44,206 nucleotides of DNA, taken from Spirochaetota bacterium. GTDB lineage: Bacteria > Spirochaetota > Spirochaetia > SZUA-6. The notes beneath the pieces are model-generated. The model made no database searches. It saw nothing but the letters and a program-made list of their open reading frames with translations, and was not told the DNA's origin. Both the position numbers and the translations under genes were made by a program. The DNA is taken from positions 1 to 44,206 of the forward strand of contig JAADHF010000089.1 of NCBI GenBank assembly GCA_013151965.1, given 5' to 3'. Position 1 is the first letter of the stretch; the number at the start of each line of letters is the position of its first letter. Below are positions 27,232 to 37,162 of this stretch, piece after piece.

Positions 27232-28983
27232 TTACGAATGTTCACCCAAAAGTACTTTAAGCTGCTGAATGTCCGAAACAAGCTTTCCTCTGTCTAAATT
27301 TCTAAACCGTTTCGGAACCATCTCCCTGCTGGTGCATTCCAGAACGGCAACCAGGTTCTGAAGATCTATTTCATGAGGATAAGCCGGAGGCACAAAGTCA
27401 TGCATGGTTTCCATGAGGTCTTTTTTAGTTATGAATACATGATTATTCATCGCAGAGAGAAATTTTGCCCGTATCAGAACCGACTCCAGATCGGCGCCTG
27501 AAAAATCATACCTGTACTTTCTGAAAAGCTCCGTTATATTAATATTCTGTATCCTTAGCCTGAGCTTTTTTACCAGGGTTTTAAAGAGATCTATTTTTTC
27601 ATCTAAATTTTCAGGGTAAAAAAGTGCAAGATGCTCTTCTGCCCTGCCCTGCCGCTTTAAATCTATGGGTATCAGATCCGGGCGGCACGTAATAAGAAAC
27701 CAGATAATTTTACCGCGGTATTCCGTATTCCCCATAAACGAAGCAATCGATGCAAAGATTCTATTGCTTGTTCCGGAATCACCATCCTGATTCCTGTCGC
27801 CTAAAAATGCATCAGCTTCATCTATCATTACACCGACCGGAGCCATTGCCATTAAAATATTAAGAATCTTTTCCAGATTGGATTCCGTTACCCCCTGCCA
27901 TTTGGACCGAAAATTACGGAATTTCACGATAGGAATTCCGATCTCTCCTGCAAAAGCGGTTACCATAAAAGACTTTCCCGTGCCTACGGGGCCCGCTATA
28001 AGATAACCCATCGGCAGCACATCGAGCCTTCCCTGCCGGATAGCTCTTGCCGCACTCCGGAAACGTTTTTTTACAAAATCATGGCCGGAAATCATGGAGA
28101 GATCATGCTCCGATTCTATAAATTCGAGTAATCCGGCTGCTTCGGATTCGATTATCTCTTTTTTTTTCCTCCGCAGGTATGAAAGATCGATTCTTTTGTC
28201 TTCCTGAAATGACTCTGCAGCGAGCTGATTGATATCGACAAGGTTAAGCCCGCTCGTAATCTTTCCTATCTCCTGAATAGACATTTCCTTATCCAGCAGA
28301 AGCTTATCCTCATGAGAAAGGTAGCGCAAAAATTTCTCACGCACATCCTCGTCGGGTATCGGAATATTGAGCTTTATTGTGCTGGGAGAACGTACCAGCC
28401 TCCGGCTTATATCGGAAAGATTCTCCGTTAAAAGTATTACGGAAACATCACCATGGGTAAATATAGGATCATTTGCCCATCTGTTAAGTGTTACAAGACA
28501 GTACCTGTCTTCATCTGTATAACGGGAAATATCCGTGTTCGGCACAATTGTTTCCGAATAGTCGATAATCAGAACAATTCTGCGGTTAAAAGGAATATTA
28601 TAGTAGAAATATTTTTCCAGATAATGAAAAGCCTTCACAGGATCTTTGGACAACAGGTCCGAAGCTGAAACCCCCTTTACCTGCTCCTTCATAATTCTTA
28701 AATAGCTATCCTCCATGTCTCCTTTACAGAAGGAAACACCGGAAGAACGGTCATAGAAAACAATTATATCCCTGTTTCCGAAAAGAACCTCGGAGATGTA
28801 ATCCTGTATCTTTACAAATGTAAATTGATCTTCCTCCATCTTGTGAGGGAGAAAATCCCGTATATTCCCATGTACAATATAGAGGTTGGCGGTTTTAGAA
28901 CAGTACTTGTAGGAGAGTTCCTGAGCCCAGGAAGGAAGTATTTTGATAAAGGGAAGATTTTTTAATATTAGCTGTTCCGCCAC
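27232..28983 (-). CDS. AAA+ ATPase with a 320-aa N-terminal domain of unknown function
   Basis: Walker A GPVGTGKS, Walker B VMIDEADAF, and the second region of homology ITCRPDLIPIDLKRQGRAEE in the C-terminal half. Confidence 0.75.
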   Translation of the reverse strand: MAEQLILKNLPFIKILPSWAQELSYKYCSKTANLYIVHGNIRDFLPHKMEEDQFTFVKIQDYISEVLFGNRDIIVFYDRSSGVSFCKGDMEDSYLRIMKEQVKGVSASDLLSKDPVKAFHYLEKYFYYNIPFNRRIVLIIDYSETIVPNTDISRYTDEDRYCLVTLNRWANDPIFTHGDVSVILLTENLSDISRRLVRSPSTIKLNIPIPDEDVREKFLRYLSHEDKLLLDKEMSIQEIGKITSGLNLVDINQLAAESFQEDKRIDLSYLRRKKKEIIESEAAGLLEFIESEHDLSMISGHDFVKKRFRSAARAIRQGRLDVLPMGYLIAGPVGTGKSFMVTAFAGEIGIPIVKFRNFRSKWQGVTESNLEKILNILMAMAPVGVMIDEADAFLGDRNQDGDSGTSNRIFASIASFMGNTEYRGKIIWFLITCRPDLIPIDLKRQGRAEEHLALFYPENLDEKIDLFKTLVKKLRLRIQNINITELFRKYRYDFSGADLESVLIRAKFLSAMNNHVFITKKDLMETMHDFVPPAYPHEIDLQNLVAVLECTSREMVPKRFRNLDRGKLVSDIQQLKVLLGEHS

Positions 28984-29082
28984 TTTCCCCTCCCGGAAAT
29001 TGCATATATTAATTATGAATCAAATAGTCCGTTCCGTCAATTGTATTGTAAATTGTTATAGAACTATTCTATAATCACCGTA

Positions 29083-31293
29083 ATGAAAGATTCACCATTA
29101 ACTCCGTCGGAATTTTTAAACGGGAGAAAACATTTTTATATATTCACATTTTTCAATGTACTTTCTTTTCTTCTCATAAGCAGCAATATCATTATTCTCT
29201 ACGCTTTAAAACTCGGCGCGGGCAGCTTCATCATAGGCCTTCTGTCGTCTTTTATTCAGATTGCATACCTCTTTATGCTGCCCGGGCGTGCTTTAATCAC
29301 TAAAGCAGGTGCCGTAAAACTCATGGGGCGTTTCTGGGCTTTGCGCTATTTAATGATGCTTCCCGTGCTGGTTACTCCGTTACTGTACTACAATGGACTC
29401 CATAAAGCCGCTCTTTACATACTGATTTTAAGTGTTTTAGGTTTTAATATTTCAAGAGGGATTGCAATTACCAGTTACAATCCCATAATCGGTCAGCTTG
29501 CCGGCACAAAGGACAGGGGAGTTTTTCTGTCACGAATCCAGATAATTACTCACACAATTGTAATATCCCTGGGGATTATTATGGCAATATCCCTGGGAAA
29601 CAGAGCCCCGCTGTTCAGATATGCCCTTTTTATAGCCGCAGGAATTACAGCGGGTCTTATCGGATGTTATTTTATCTTTAAACTGCCCGAACTAAAGGGA
29701 TCCGCCTCTGTACTTACCGAACCGCTTTCCCGGAGTTTTATCTTAAGTATTAAAGATAAAGGTTTTAGAAAATTCATAACGGTACTATTGTTGAGCTCTC
29801 TTGCAATGTCGATGCTTGCACCATTCATAATTGTCTATTTTAAAAAGATATATCAAAATACAGACAGTCAGATTATTTTCTTTACAGTATTCGGCGGTCT
29901 TGGTGCACTCTCCATGGCTGTAATAAACGGTTTTATGATAGACCGCATAGGTTCGAAACCGCTTATTTTAATATACTCCTTTATAACATCGGCAATTATA
30001 ATTCCCCTGATCATTTCTCCCGTTTTTAAAACTGCTGTTTCGGAATATATATTTGCAGGACTGATATTCTTTCTCTCGTACATGGGAACAAACGGCATAT
30101 TGAACACATCACAGAACTATTTCCTGGCCTCCATTAAACCCCAGGAAAGGCTGAACCTCGGTATAATATACTTTCTTACAATGGGTGTTTCGGGAGCGAT
30201 CGGTTCACTTGCCGGAGGAACGGTACTGCAGGCCCTGCAGAATATCCTTAACAGTTCGAATGTGGATGTTTTCAGACTTTATTTCGGAAGTATTTTATTC
30301 CTGTTCATAATAATCAATATATTTATATTACGGTTAAATGATATAAGCGCCTACTCTGTACGGGATGCGTTTGCCATTATTTTCTCCCCGCGCGATCTGC
30401 GGGCAATAAGCCTTCTTAACAGGCTTAAAAAGACCAGGACAATTACGGAAGAGAGGGATGTTATACAAGCACTGGGTTCATCGGGCTCTTCGATTACAAG
30501 AAACGAGCTGCTTCAAAAACTACACTCACCAAGTTTTTTAATCCGGGCGGAAGCCCTGTCTGCACTCAATCATATTCCGATAGACAGCCATATAGAAACC
30601 GTCCTTATCTCGGAAGTAAAAAACCACAAATTCACTACGGCTTACATGGCTGCGGAGATAATCGGACAAAAAAAAGTAGTGTCGGGAGAAAAAGTCCTTC
30701 AGCAGGCTCTTAATTCGAAGGACTATTTTCTTGTGGGGAAAGCTATGGTCGCACTGGCAAAGCTTAAGAGCAGCCGGAGTGTTCCCGAAATTTTAAGGTT
30801 AATCGAAGAGTCTCAAAATCCGAGAGTAGTTATTCACGGTGCACACGCCATGGAAATATTTAAAGACAAAAGGGCAATTGGTGTACTGATTAAAAAAATG
30901 GAGAAAAAAACATCACCCTATGTAAGGGATGAGATTATTCTTGCAATTGCCGGGATCCTCGATATGCTGAACTGGTTCTACACGCGGTATACAATATTTC
31001 TGGAAAGTGCACAATCAGGAACTTTAGCCCTGCTCGATGATTTAAAAACTCAAGGGAAAACGCTGAAATACAGAAAAGAACTGATGGATACCGTGGAGAA
31101 CGTAACAAGGAATCAGCAGCTGTTTAAAAAACTCAGTCTGAAATTTTTCGAAACAGAAATGCCGGATTATCAACAGAATGTCAAAGATAATGTTTACCGG
31201 TACTTTAAAAATGCACTTAATAATGATCAGATACTTAAACTTGACAGATTCCGCTTTTTAACAGCAGCCTTACTGACATACTTTTCCCTTTAG
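29083..31293 (+). CDS. MFS-type transporter fused to a C-terminal HEAT/ARM-repeat domain
   Basis: About 12 TM helices in residues 20-420. Residues 450-736 contain repeated helix pairs typical of PBS-lyase/HEAT repeats (LIRAEALSALNHIP, LVGKAMVALAKLKSS, VRDEIILAIAGIL). Confidence 0.65.
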   Translation: MKDSPLTPSEFLNGRKHFYIFTFFNVLSFLLISSNIIILYALKLGAGSFIIGLLSSFIQIAYLFMLPGRALITKAGAVKLMGRFWALRYLMMLPVLVTPLLYYNGLHKAALYILILSVLGFNISRGIAITSYNPIIGQLAGTKDRGVFLSRIQIITHTIVISLGIIMAISLGNRAPLFRYALFIAAGITAGLIGCYFIFKLPELKGSASVLTEPLSRSFILSIKDKGFRKFITVLLLSSLAMSMLAPFIIVYFKKIYQNTDSQIIFFTVFGGLGALSMAVINGFMIDRIGSKPLILIYSFITSAIIIPLIISPVFKTAVSEYIFAGLIFFLSYMGTNGILNTSQNYFLASIKPQERLNLGIIYFLTMGVSGAIGSLAGGTVLQALQNILNSSNVDVFRLYFGSILFLFIIINIFILRLNDISAYSVRDAFAIIFSPRDLRAISLLNRLKKTRTITEERDVIQALGSSGSSITRNELLQKLHSPSFLIRAEALSALNHIPIDSHIETVLISEVKNHKFTTAYMAAEIIGQKKVVSGEKVLQQALNSKDYFLVGKAMVALAKLKSSRSVPEILRLIEESQNPRVVIHGAHAMEIFKDKRAIGVLIKKMEKKTSPYVRDEIILAIAGILDMLNWFYTRYTIFLESAQSGTLALLDDLKTQGKTLKYRKELMDTVENVTRNQQLFKKLSLKFFETEMPDYQQNVKDNVYRYFKNALNNDQILKLDRFRFLTAALLTYFSL

Positions 31294-34200
31294 ATGAGCT
31301 TATTATCCCGGGCGCTTTTTAAGATTCTTTTGTTCCAGTAATTACTCTCCATAAATTTTCTCTTTATCTCCGGAGAACTTATCCTGTTTGCCCTTTCCTG
31401 AAGTGTATTCCATGCTCTGTTCAGCATGGTAAATCTGTTTTCTCCAAGGCACTCGGAGTAGAGAAAGTAATAATAGTGCATGTACGGATCAAAATCCGGT
31501 ATTTTACCATGAAGAATATCCTGAAATCCGTTAATTGATTTTTCACTGTTTCCGGACAGATAGTACATATACGATAAAAACGAAACGGAAATCCTCTTCA
31601 GCATGGAATCCGAAAGGTCGAGGCACCTTCCTTCTACCGAATAAAATCCGTCGAGCCAGAAAATCCTGTCTCCTGGCAGAAAATCGTATCCGGATATCTT
31701 AATCCCGCCGTCCTCCATAAAACCCGATGCTTTTTCATATTCATTCGTCATATAGCACCCTTCTGCTGTAAACAGGAGATTCAGCTGAGACTTTTCCATA
31801 TGATCCAATATTTCAAGGCCGGTTCGTACACTGCCCCCGTAGATAAACGCACGGGCGAGCCATGCATAGACAACCTTCTCCGCTTTTTCTATTTTGTACA
31901 GAGAGAGGTAGGAGAGAGTTTTTTCCAGTACTGCAATACATCCGTCGTACAGCCCGATCTCGAATAGAAACCTTGCCTTTAAAAAATAGATAAAAACTTC
32001 CCATTCCCTGGAGAACGTTCCCGGTGTAATTTTTAATGCTTCGTCACAGTATAAAAGAGCATCACTGAGATCTCCCTGTATAAAACGGGTTATGGCGGAC
32101 AATACTACGATACTGATGGAATCAAGCGCCGATTCTGTACCGGAAATTCTGCCCGCAAGAAGAAAATACTCGAGTGCATCATCGAGCTTGCCGCGTGCAA
32201 GCATTGTACGCCCGAGTTTTATGTAGGAAGCGCGCATTCCGTCTGAATTATTCAGACTCTGAAATTTAAGCAGAGCATGTTTAGACAGAGACAGGGATTC
32301 CTCCACATTTTTTAAGGCGATATTAAGCCCTGCGATTGTTATATCCGAATCCGGAAACACGGTTAAATCCATTCTATTATCAATTTGATCTCTATTCTCC
32401 ATGTACAGGCTGTATGCTTCTTTAAAACGTCCGCTTAAACCCAGCTGATCTATCCTGTAAAGCAGCATGGCGGTTTCCAGGCCTGCACTATTCCTCTCGC
32501 TGCCTCCGGAAAGCAGCTGTTTCCATCGTGATTCTTTTAAAAAATTATCAATTCCCGTTAAATCTCTCTCATTCAGTTTTCTTTGAATAATGGCATGATA
32601 AACCTTTCCTGCAAGTTTAAACTTCTCCAGTTTAAGAAAGAAGTAGAATAGAAGTACATAGTTTGTATATTCAAATGCTTCCCATTTTTTTGTAAGATAT
32701 TCTACAAATTTTTCTATAACCTCGTTGTAAACATTCGGAACATTTTTTAAGCCGCTCATGTCGGGAAGGATATACTCTTTGCCTTCCACGAATCCGAAGT
32801 TCCGAAGACTATTGACAATTGCCGTACCATCCCGCTCCGAATACCCAAGTGAAACGATAAAATGAAGCTGATCGGTATACTTTAAAATACCTCTCGAAAT
32901 GTAGAGAGAGTGCAATACCTTTTTCTGGTCAGGGTCTAACATATTCGATAAATAGCGGCTGCAGGTTTCCGAATCCGGAAGATTATCATTTTCCGAAAAT
33001 TCAAGATAAAGAAGGCAGTGCAGTACAGGAGAATACAGCCCTTTTGTAATCCGTCTTATTTTTCGCAGCAATTTTTCGGAAAGTATAAGCTTTTCATCCA
33101 CCTTTAGTGCAAGTTCTTTGATCATATACCTGCTTAATGGTGCTATATATACCTTCCGTAATTCCATGCTCTCCAGATCTTTAAGGATTACCTTATCCGA
33201 TGAAACAAATAACGGAACAAATACTTCATATTCGGAAAAATCATGCATCATCGATAATAAGAAACGCCGGCTTTCGGAATTGTATAAATCCACATCGTCA
33301 CAAACAAAAACAGCAGGCAGATTCTTTTCCTCCATCATCCTGATAAATGCAAGAACGTAGAGATGATAAGCAAGGAAAAAATCCTCCACTATATGGTCCG
33401 GAATAATCGTATTCATTCTTTTTTTACGGGACAGGGTAAATTCTCTAAAAAGAGGCATTATTTCATCGAACACCTTCCTTTCATGGGGCAAAAGATATTC
33501 ACTTATATATTCGAAAACATCGCTTCTGATGCTGTTTAAAAAGGGATGAATCGGAGAACTGCTCTTAAAAATACTAAACAGCCGAATCCATGGATTTGTT
33601 TCATCCCTGCCTAAAATCTTCTTTACCGCTTCATACACTATTTCTGTTTTACCGACTCCTCTGTAGCCAAATACATATGGCACTGTTTTTTTATCCATAC
33701 CGTTTAAACGCGGGGTAAGTGCATCTAAAACTCTTTCTACTCCATCCTCCCTGACCCAGTTATAATCCTTAATATATTTAAGCCTGTTTTCCCTATGATT
33801 TTGTTCCCCGGTTAAATCGATACCGGTTACTTTCCATAATGTTGTAAGGGAGGAGGATTTAACTTTATCCAGGGTCGTAAATTCCTCTGCGATACTAAGC
33901 AGAGAACTGTCTATCCAGAGGGAATTCTCTTCCTCGATCCTGATAATTGTATTTTTCATATATTCGTATACTTCGGCGGAAGATAAATCCCTGTTTTCCG
34001 AGATCAAAAGATTATACCCAAATAATTCCGCATCTCTTTCGGAAAGAAAATCAACAATAGAAAGTCCTGCTTTAATAACCTGTTTAAGCAGGATTTTTTT
34101 ATCTCTGCCTTCATATTCATAAAAACCAAGACAGTCATTACTTTCCATATCTTTAATTCGGAGAGCAGTTCCTGTCTGTGTCTGCTTTTCCGTATACTCT

Positions 34201-34367
34201 TCGATAGCCGATACAAGACTGTTATTAATCTTTGCTAACTGCTTTCTGCCATTTATTCTTATTAATAGGTATATCATATTTATAATTAAACAACAAAAAT
34301 AGAGTATTTTCAAATCCATTTTTCGTATCAAATGAGATAAATCGATTAATTCATCGATCATTGACAT
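31290..34367 (-). CDS. STAND-type P-loop NTPase with a 230-aa N-terminal region (one predicted TM helix) and a C-terminal TPR-like helical array
   Basis: Walker A GYRGVGKTE and Walker B AVFVCDDVDLY. The hydrophobic N-terminal segment is LKILYFCCLIINMIYLLIRI. The C-terminal 500 aa are helical repeats. Confidence 0.65.
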   Translation of the reverse strand: MSMIDELIDLSHLIRKMDLKILYFCCLIINMIYLLIRINGRKQLAKINNSLVSAIEEYTEKQTQTGTALRIKDMESNDCLGFYEYEGRDKKILLKQVIKAGLSIVDFLSERDAELFGYNLLISENRDLSSAEVYEYMKNTIIRIEEENSLWIDSSLLSIAEEFTTLDKVKSSSLTTLWKVTGIDLTGEQNHRENRLKYIKDYNWVREDGVERVLDALTPRLNGMDKKTVPYVFGYRGVGKTEIVYEAVKKILGRDETNPWIRLFSIFKSSSPIHPFLNSIRSDVFEYISEYLLPHERKVFDEIMPLFREFTLSRKKRMNTIIPDHIVEDFFLAYHLYVLAFIRMMEEKNLPAVFVCDDVDLYNSESRRFLLSMMHDFSEYEVFVPLFVSSDKVILKDLESMELRKVYIAPLSRYMIKELALKVDEKLILSEKLLRKIRRITKGLYSPVLHCLLYLEFSENDNLPDSETCSRYLSNMLDPDQKKVLHSLYISRGILKYTDQLHFIVSLGYSERDGTAIVNSLRNFGFVEGKEYILPDMSGLKNVPNVYNEVIEKFVEYLTKKWEAFEYTNYVLLFYFFLKLEKFKLAGKVYHAIIQRKLNERDLTGIDNFLKESRWKQLLSGGSERNSAGLETAMLLYRIDQLGLSGRFKEAYSLYMENRDQIDNRMDLTVFPDSDITIAGLNIALKNVEESLSLSKHALLKFQSLNNSDGMRASYIKLGRTMLARGKLDDALEYFLLAGRISGTESALDSISIVVLSAITRFIQGDLSDALLYCDEALKITPGTFSREWEVFIYFLKARFLFEIGLYDGCIAVLEKTLSYLSLYKIEKAEKVVYAWLARAFIYGGSVRTGLEILDHMEKSQLNLLFTAEGCYMTNEYEKASGFMEDGGIKISGYDFLPGDRIFWLDGFYSVEGRCLDLSDSMLKRISVSFLSYMYYLSGNSEKSINGFQDILHGKIPDFDPYMHYYYFLYSECLGENRFTMLNRAWNTLQERANRISSPEIKRKFMESNYWNKRILKSARDNKLI

Positions 34368-34395
34368 TGGTTATATTTTACCATACCATAAAGGG

Positions 34396-35952
34396 GTGAG
34401 TTCTAAACCGGTGAAACCAGAAAAACAGCAGGAGAACGGCAAAGAAAGCTTTTTTCAGAAATTATTCTCCATATTGATGGGTAGTTCCGACCCGGAAAAG
34501 GAAAAGAAAAGATTACTAAAACAGATAGAAAAAAATCTGAAAAAGCAGAGGGTGAAATTTTATAACTCAAGAAACAATACCGTTCTTCCGCGTCTTGCCC
34601 GGTACTTTTATGAGTTTTACAAAGTTCTCGCACCTGCACAAAATCTTATCAGAAGAGGGGAAACATCCAAATCGCTGCAGATGCTCATAATCGAAACATC
34701 CCTGACGGAAGACCAGTTCCTGGTAAAAGAAAAACTCTCCGAAGAATCGATCCGCAGCAGATTACAGGGAGCTGCCGATCAGGATATTATTTTCGAGGAA
34801 GTAAGAAACGACATAAAAAATTTCTTCCTGGAATTTGATATTAACCGTGTGGGTGAAATAGATGCAAAATATAATAATGCCGTATTACTTTTGGACCTTA
34901 TACATTTCGACTACTATTTTCTTTTAAAAAAATTCGATTCCGGTTTGCCGGAAAATGATTTTCTATACAAACCTCATTTTGAAGAAATAGATGCAGAGTA
35001 CGTTGCAGACGATATCAAAGATTTTCTCGAGATAATTCCCGCAATAAATACATCTGTTAACTGGTCTGATATTATCGATATGCTTAACCAGTTCCGGGGA
35101 GTGGAAATTATTCCGGAAGCGGGGTGGAAAAAAATACTGCACCTGACGCGGCAAATTCAAAAAACAGAAATTTTTACAATGCTTGTGCAGCTTATTACAA
35201 AGGATCCCTTCTATAAGCCCTCGCCGAGAGTATATAAAGCAAAAATAGTGGAGAACTACCTCGGAAAACTTAAAACACAAACGGAAATTACAATTCAGCG
35301 TTTCCTGCAGGAGAAACATTCATCAAAGATCGGTGAATTGGCAAAATACCTGTTCGGCACCACATCCATAGTACGTCTTAAAAATTACTCTGATAAAGCA
35401 AATATTTTATTTACAAAACTGCTTCTCGGAGGTTTTTCACATATTGCTTCGCTAAACTATCTAAAGGCATTCTTACTGGATTATTTAAAAAAAGACATAC
35501 GGGAATTTATAGACCTGCTGCTTATTAAAGGAAAATGGACTTCCAATCTGGTTTCTCAACAGCTTTCGGAAACATACCATAAGCTTTTAAAACTATCCGA
35601 TGAAATCAGTGAATTCGACAGTTCTCTCGATGAAGAGCAAATACTCGGAAAGAAACTAAAGGCACTGCTTATAAAAAGCAAAAGGGATAAAAAAGCTGTA
35701 AGCCAGCTTCGCCTGCTTCTTAAAGAGATAAACGATATGGCAAAGGGAATGCTCGCCAGAGCAGCTTCCGACCTGATAATACTGGGTAAAACTTTAAAGA
35801 GTACACTCGATGATTATCAGAAACCGCATCCTGAATTGATTATTAACTGGAAAGAGATAAAAAATTACACGGAGAAAGATGTTAAAATATTTATCGTGGA
35901 TATATACAGAAAAATCTATAATTTTCTGCAGCTTTTAAAATTGACCAAATAA
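34396..35952 (+). CDS. Hypothetical Lys/Glu-rich alpha-helical protein
   Basis: 518-aa ORF with a GTG start, diverging from the STAND gene across a 28-bp gap. No recognisable motifs. Confidence 0.5.
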   Translation: MSSKPVKPEKQQENGKESFFQKLFSILMGSSDPEKEKKRLLKQIEKNLKKQRVKFYNSRNNTVLPRLARYFYEFYKVLAPAQNLIRRGETSKSLQMLIIETSLTEDQFLVKEKLSEESIRSRLQGAADQDIIFEEVRNDIKNFFLEFDINRVGEIDAKYNNAVLLLDLIHFDYYFLLKKFDSGLPENDFLYKPHFEEIDAEYVADDIKDFLEIIPAINTSVNWSDIIDMLNQFRGVEIIPEAGWKKILHLTRQIQKTEIFTMLVQLITKDPFYKPSPRVYKAKIVENYLGKLKTQTEITIQRFLQEKHSSKIGELAKYLFGTTSIVRLKNYSDKANILFTKLLLGGFSHIASLNYLKAFLLDYLKKDIREFIDLLLIKGKWTSNLVSQQLSETYHKLLKLSDEISEFDSSLDEEQILGKKLKALLIKSKRDKKAVSQLRLLLKEINDMAKGMLARAASDLIILGKTLKSTLDDYQKPHPELIINWKEIKNYTEKDVKIFIVDIYRKIYNFLQLLKLTK

Positions 35953-35973
35953 CAACAGGAGGCAGGGCAGATT

Positions 35974-37050
35974 ATGAGTATCAGTTCAACCGTATATTTT
36001 ATACCACTGCAGAAGAACAGTGTAATGGAGGAGAGAATAGAAGCCACCGATACACTTATTAAAAGTATAGGTTTCGATGAGATCTTTGATAAAAATGATA
36101 AAATAGGAATAAAACTCCACATAGGCGAGCGTAATAACGACACTCATATTGCTCCGGAGATAATACACTCCATTGTAGCGGAAGTTAAAAAAACCGGAAG
36201 CCGTCCTTTTCTTACCGAGACGTCGACTCTGTACAGAGGATCCCGTTCCGATGCCGTCAGCCATTTGACTCATGCATTCGAACACGGGTTTACGATAGAA
36301 AAAACAGGAGCTCCCTTCATTATGGCGGACGGACTTGTGGGAAATGCCGAAACAGAAGTACCGATACATGGTATACTCTTTCAAAGTGTTAACATTGCAC
36401 GTGAAATCACGCTTGCGGAGGGCCTGATAGCTGTGTCTCACGCCACAGGCCATATTCAGGCGGGTTTGGGGGGTTGTCTTAAAAATCTGGGAATGGGCCT
36501 TGCAAGCCGTATCGGAAAAATGCGGCAGCATTCATCGGTAAAACCCTACATCGGAGAAAGTCTCTGCACATTCTGCGGGCTATGTATAAAATGGTGCCCG
36601 GTCGATACCATAATAGAAAAAAACGGCAAAGCTTTTATAGTTCAGGACAAGTGTATCGGCTGCGGTGAATGCCTTGCTGTCTGTTCCTTCGATGCGGTTA
36701 AATATAACTGGGGAGTAGAGTCCTCCCGCCTGCAGAAAAGCGTTGCAGAACACGCACTTGGTGTCATTATCGATAAGAGGAACAAAGTGCTCTTCTTAAA
36801 TTACATGACGGATATGACAAAGGATTGTGACTGTCTCGGTTCAAAGCAGAAAAGAATAATTTCTGATATCGGAATACTTGCATCACGTGACCCTGTAGCT
36901 GTAGATCAGGCAACTCTCGATTTAACGAAACAGGCATCCGGGGCAAATTTAGCCTCCATAAGCTGGCCGAGAATCGACCCGCAGATACAGCTCGAACACG
37001 GCGAAAAAATAGGTCTGGGTTCCAGAAATTACAAACTTATCAAACTTTGA
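35974..37050 (+). CDS. DUF362-family protein with an embedded 2x[4Fe-4S] ferredoxin domain
   Basis: Cys clusters CTFCGLCIKWCP and CIGCGECLAVCS. SD AGGAGG lies upstream. It sits 21 nt after the preceding gene. Confidence 0.7.
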   Translation: MSISSTVYFIPLQKNSVMEERIEATDTLIKSIGFDEIFDKNDKIGIKLHIGERNNDTHIAPEIIHSIVAEVKKTGSRPFLTETSTLYRGSRSDAVSHLTHAFEHGFTIEKTGAPFIMADGLVGNAETEVPIHGILFQSVNIAREITLAEGLIAVSHATGHIQAGLGGCLKNLGMGLASRIGKMRQHSSVKPYIGESLCTFCGLCIKWCPVDTIIEKNGKAFIVQDKCIGCGECLAVCSFDAVKYNWGVESSRLQKSVAEHALGVIIDKRNKVLFLNYMTDMTKDCDCLGSKQKRIISDIGILASRDPVAVDQATLDLTKQASGANLASISWPRIDPQIQLEHGEKIGLGSRNYKLIKL

Positions 37051-37162
37051 TTATCCTTTAGTTTTACTTCATCTTTACAGAACTTTAACAATTTTCGCCG
37101 GAGTATGTGTAAAATTACCGATAGATACCCCATGGGCAAGTCCGCGGAACTCTGCTCTCCCA

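Noticed and set aside
27198-27245. Possible terminator hairpin TTCGTA...TACGAA between convergent genes
   Set aside because: It is only a 6-bp AT-rich stem with a mismatch and no U-tract, which is too weak to call.
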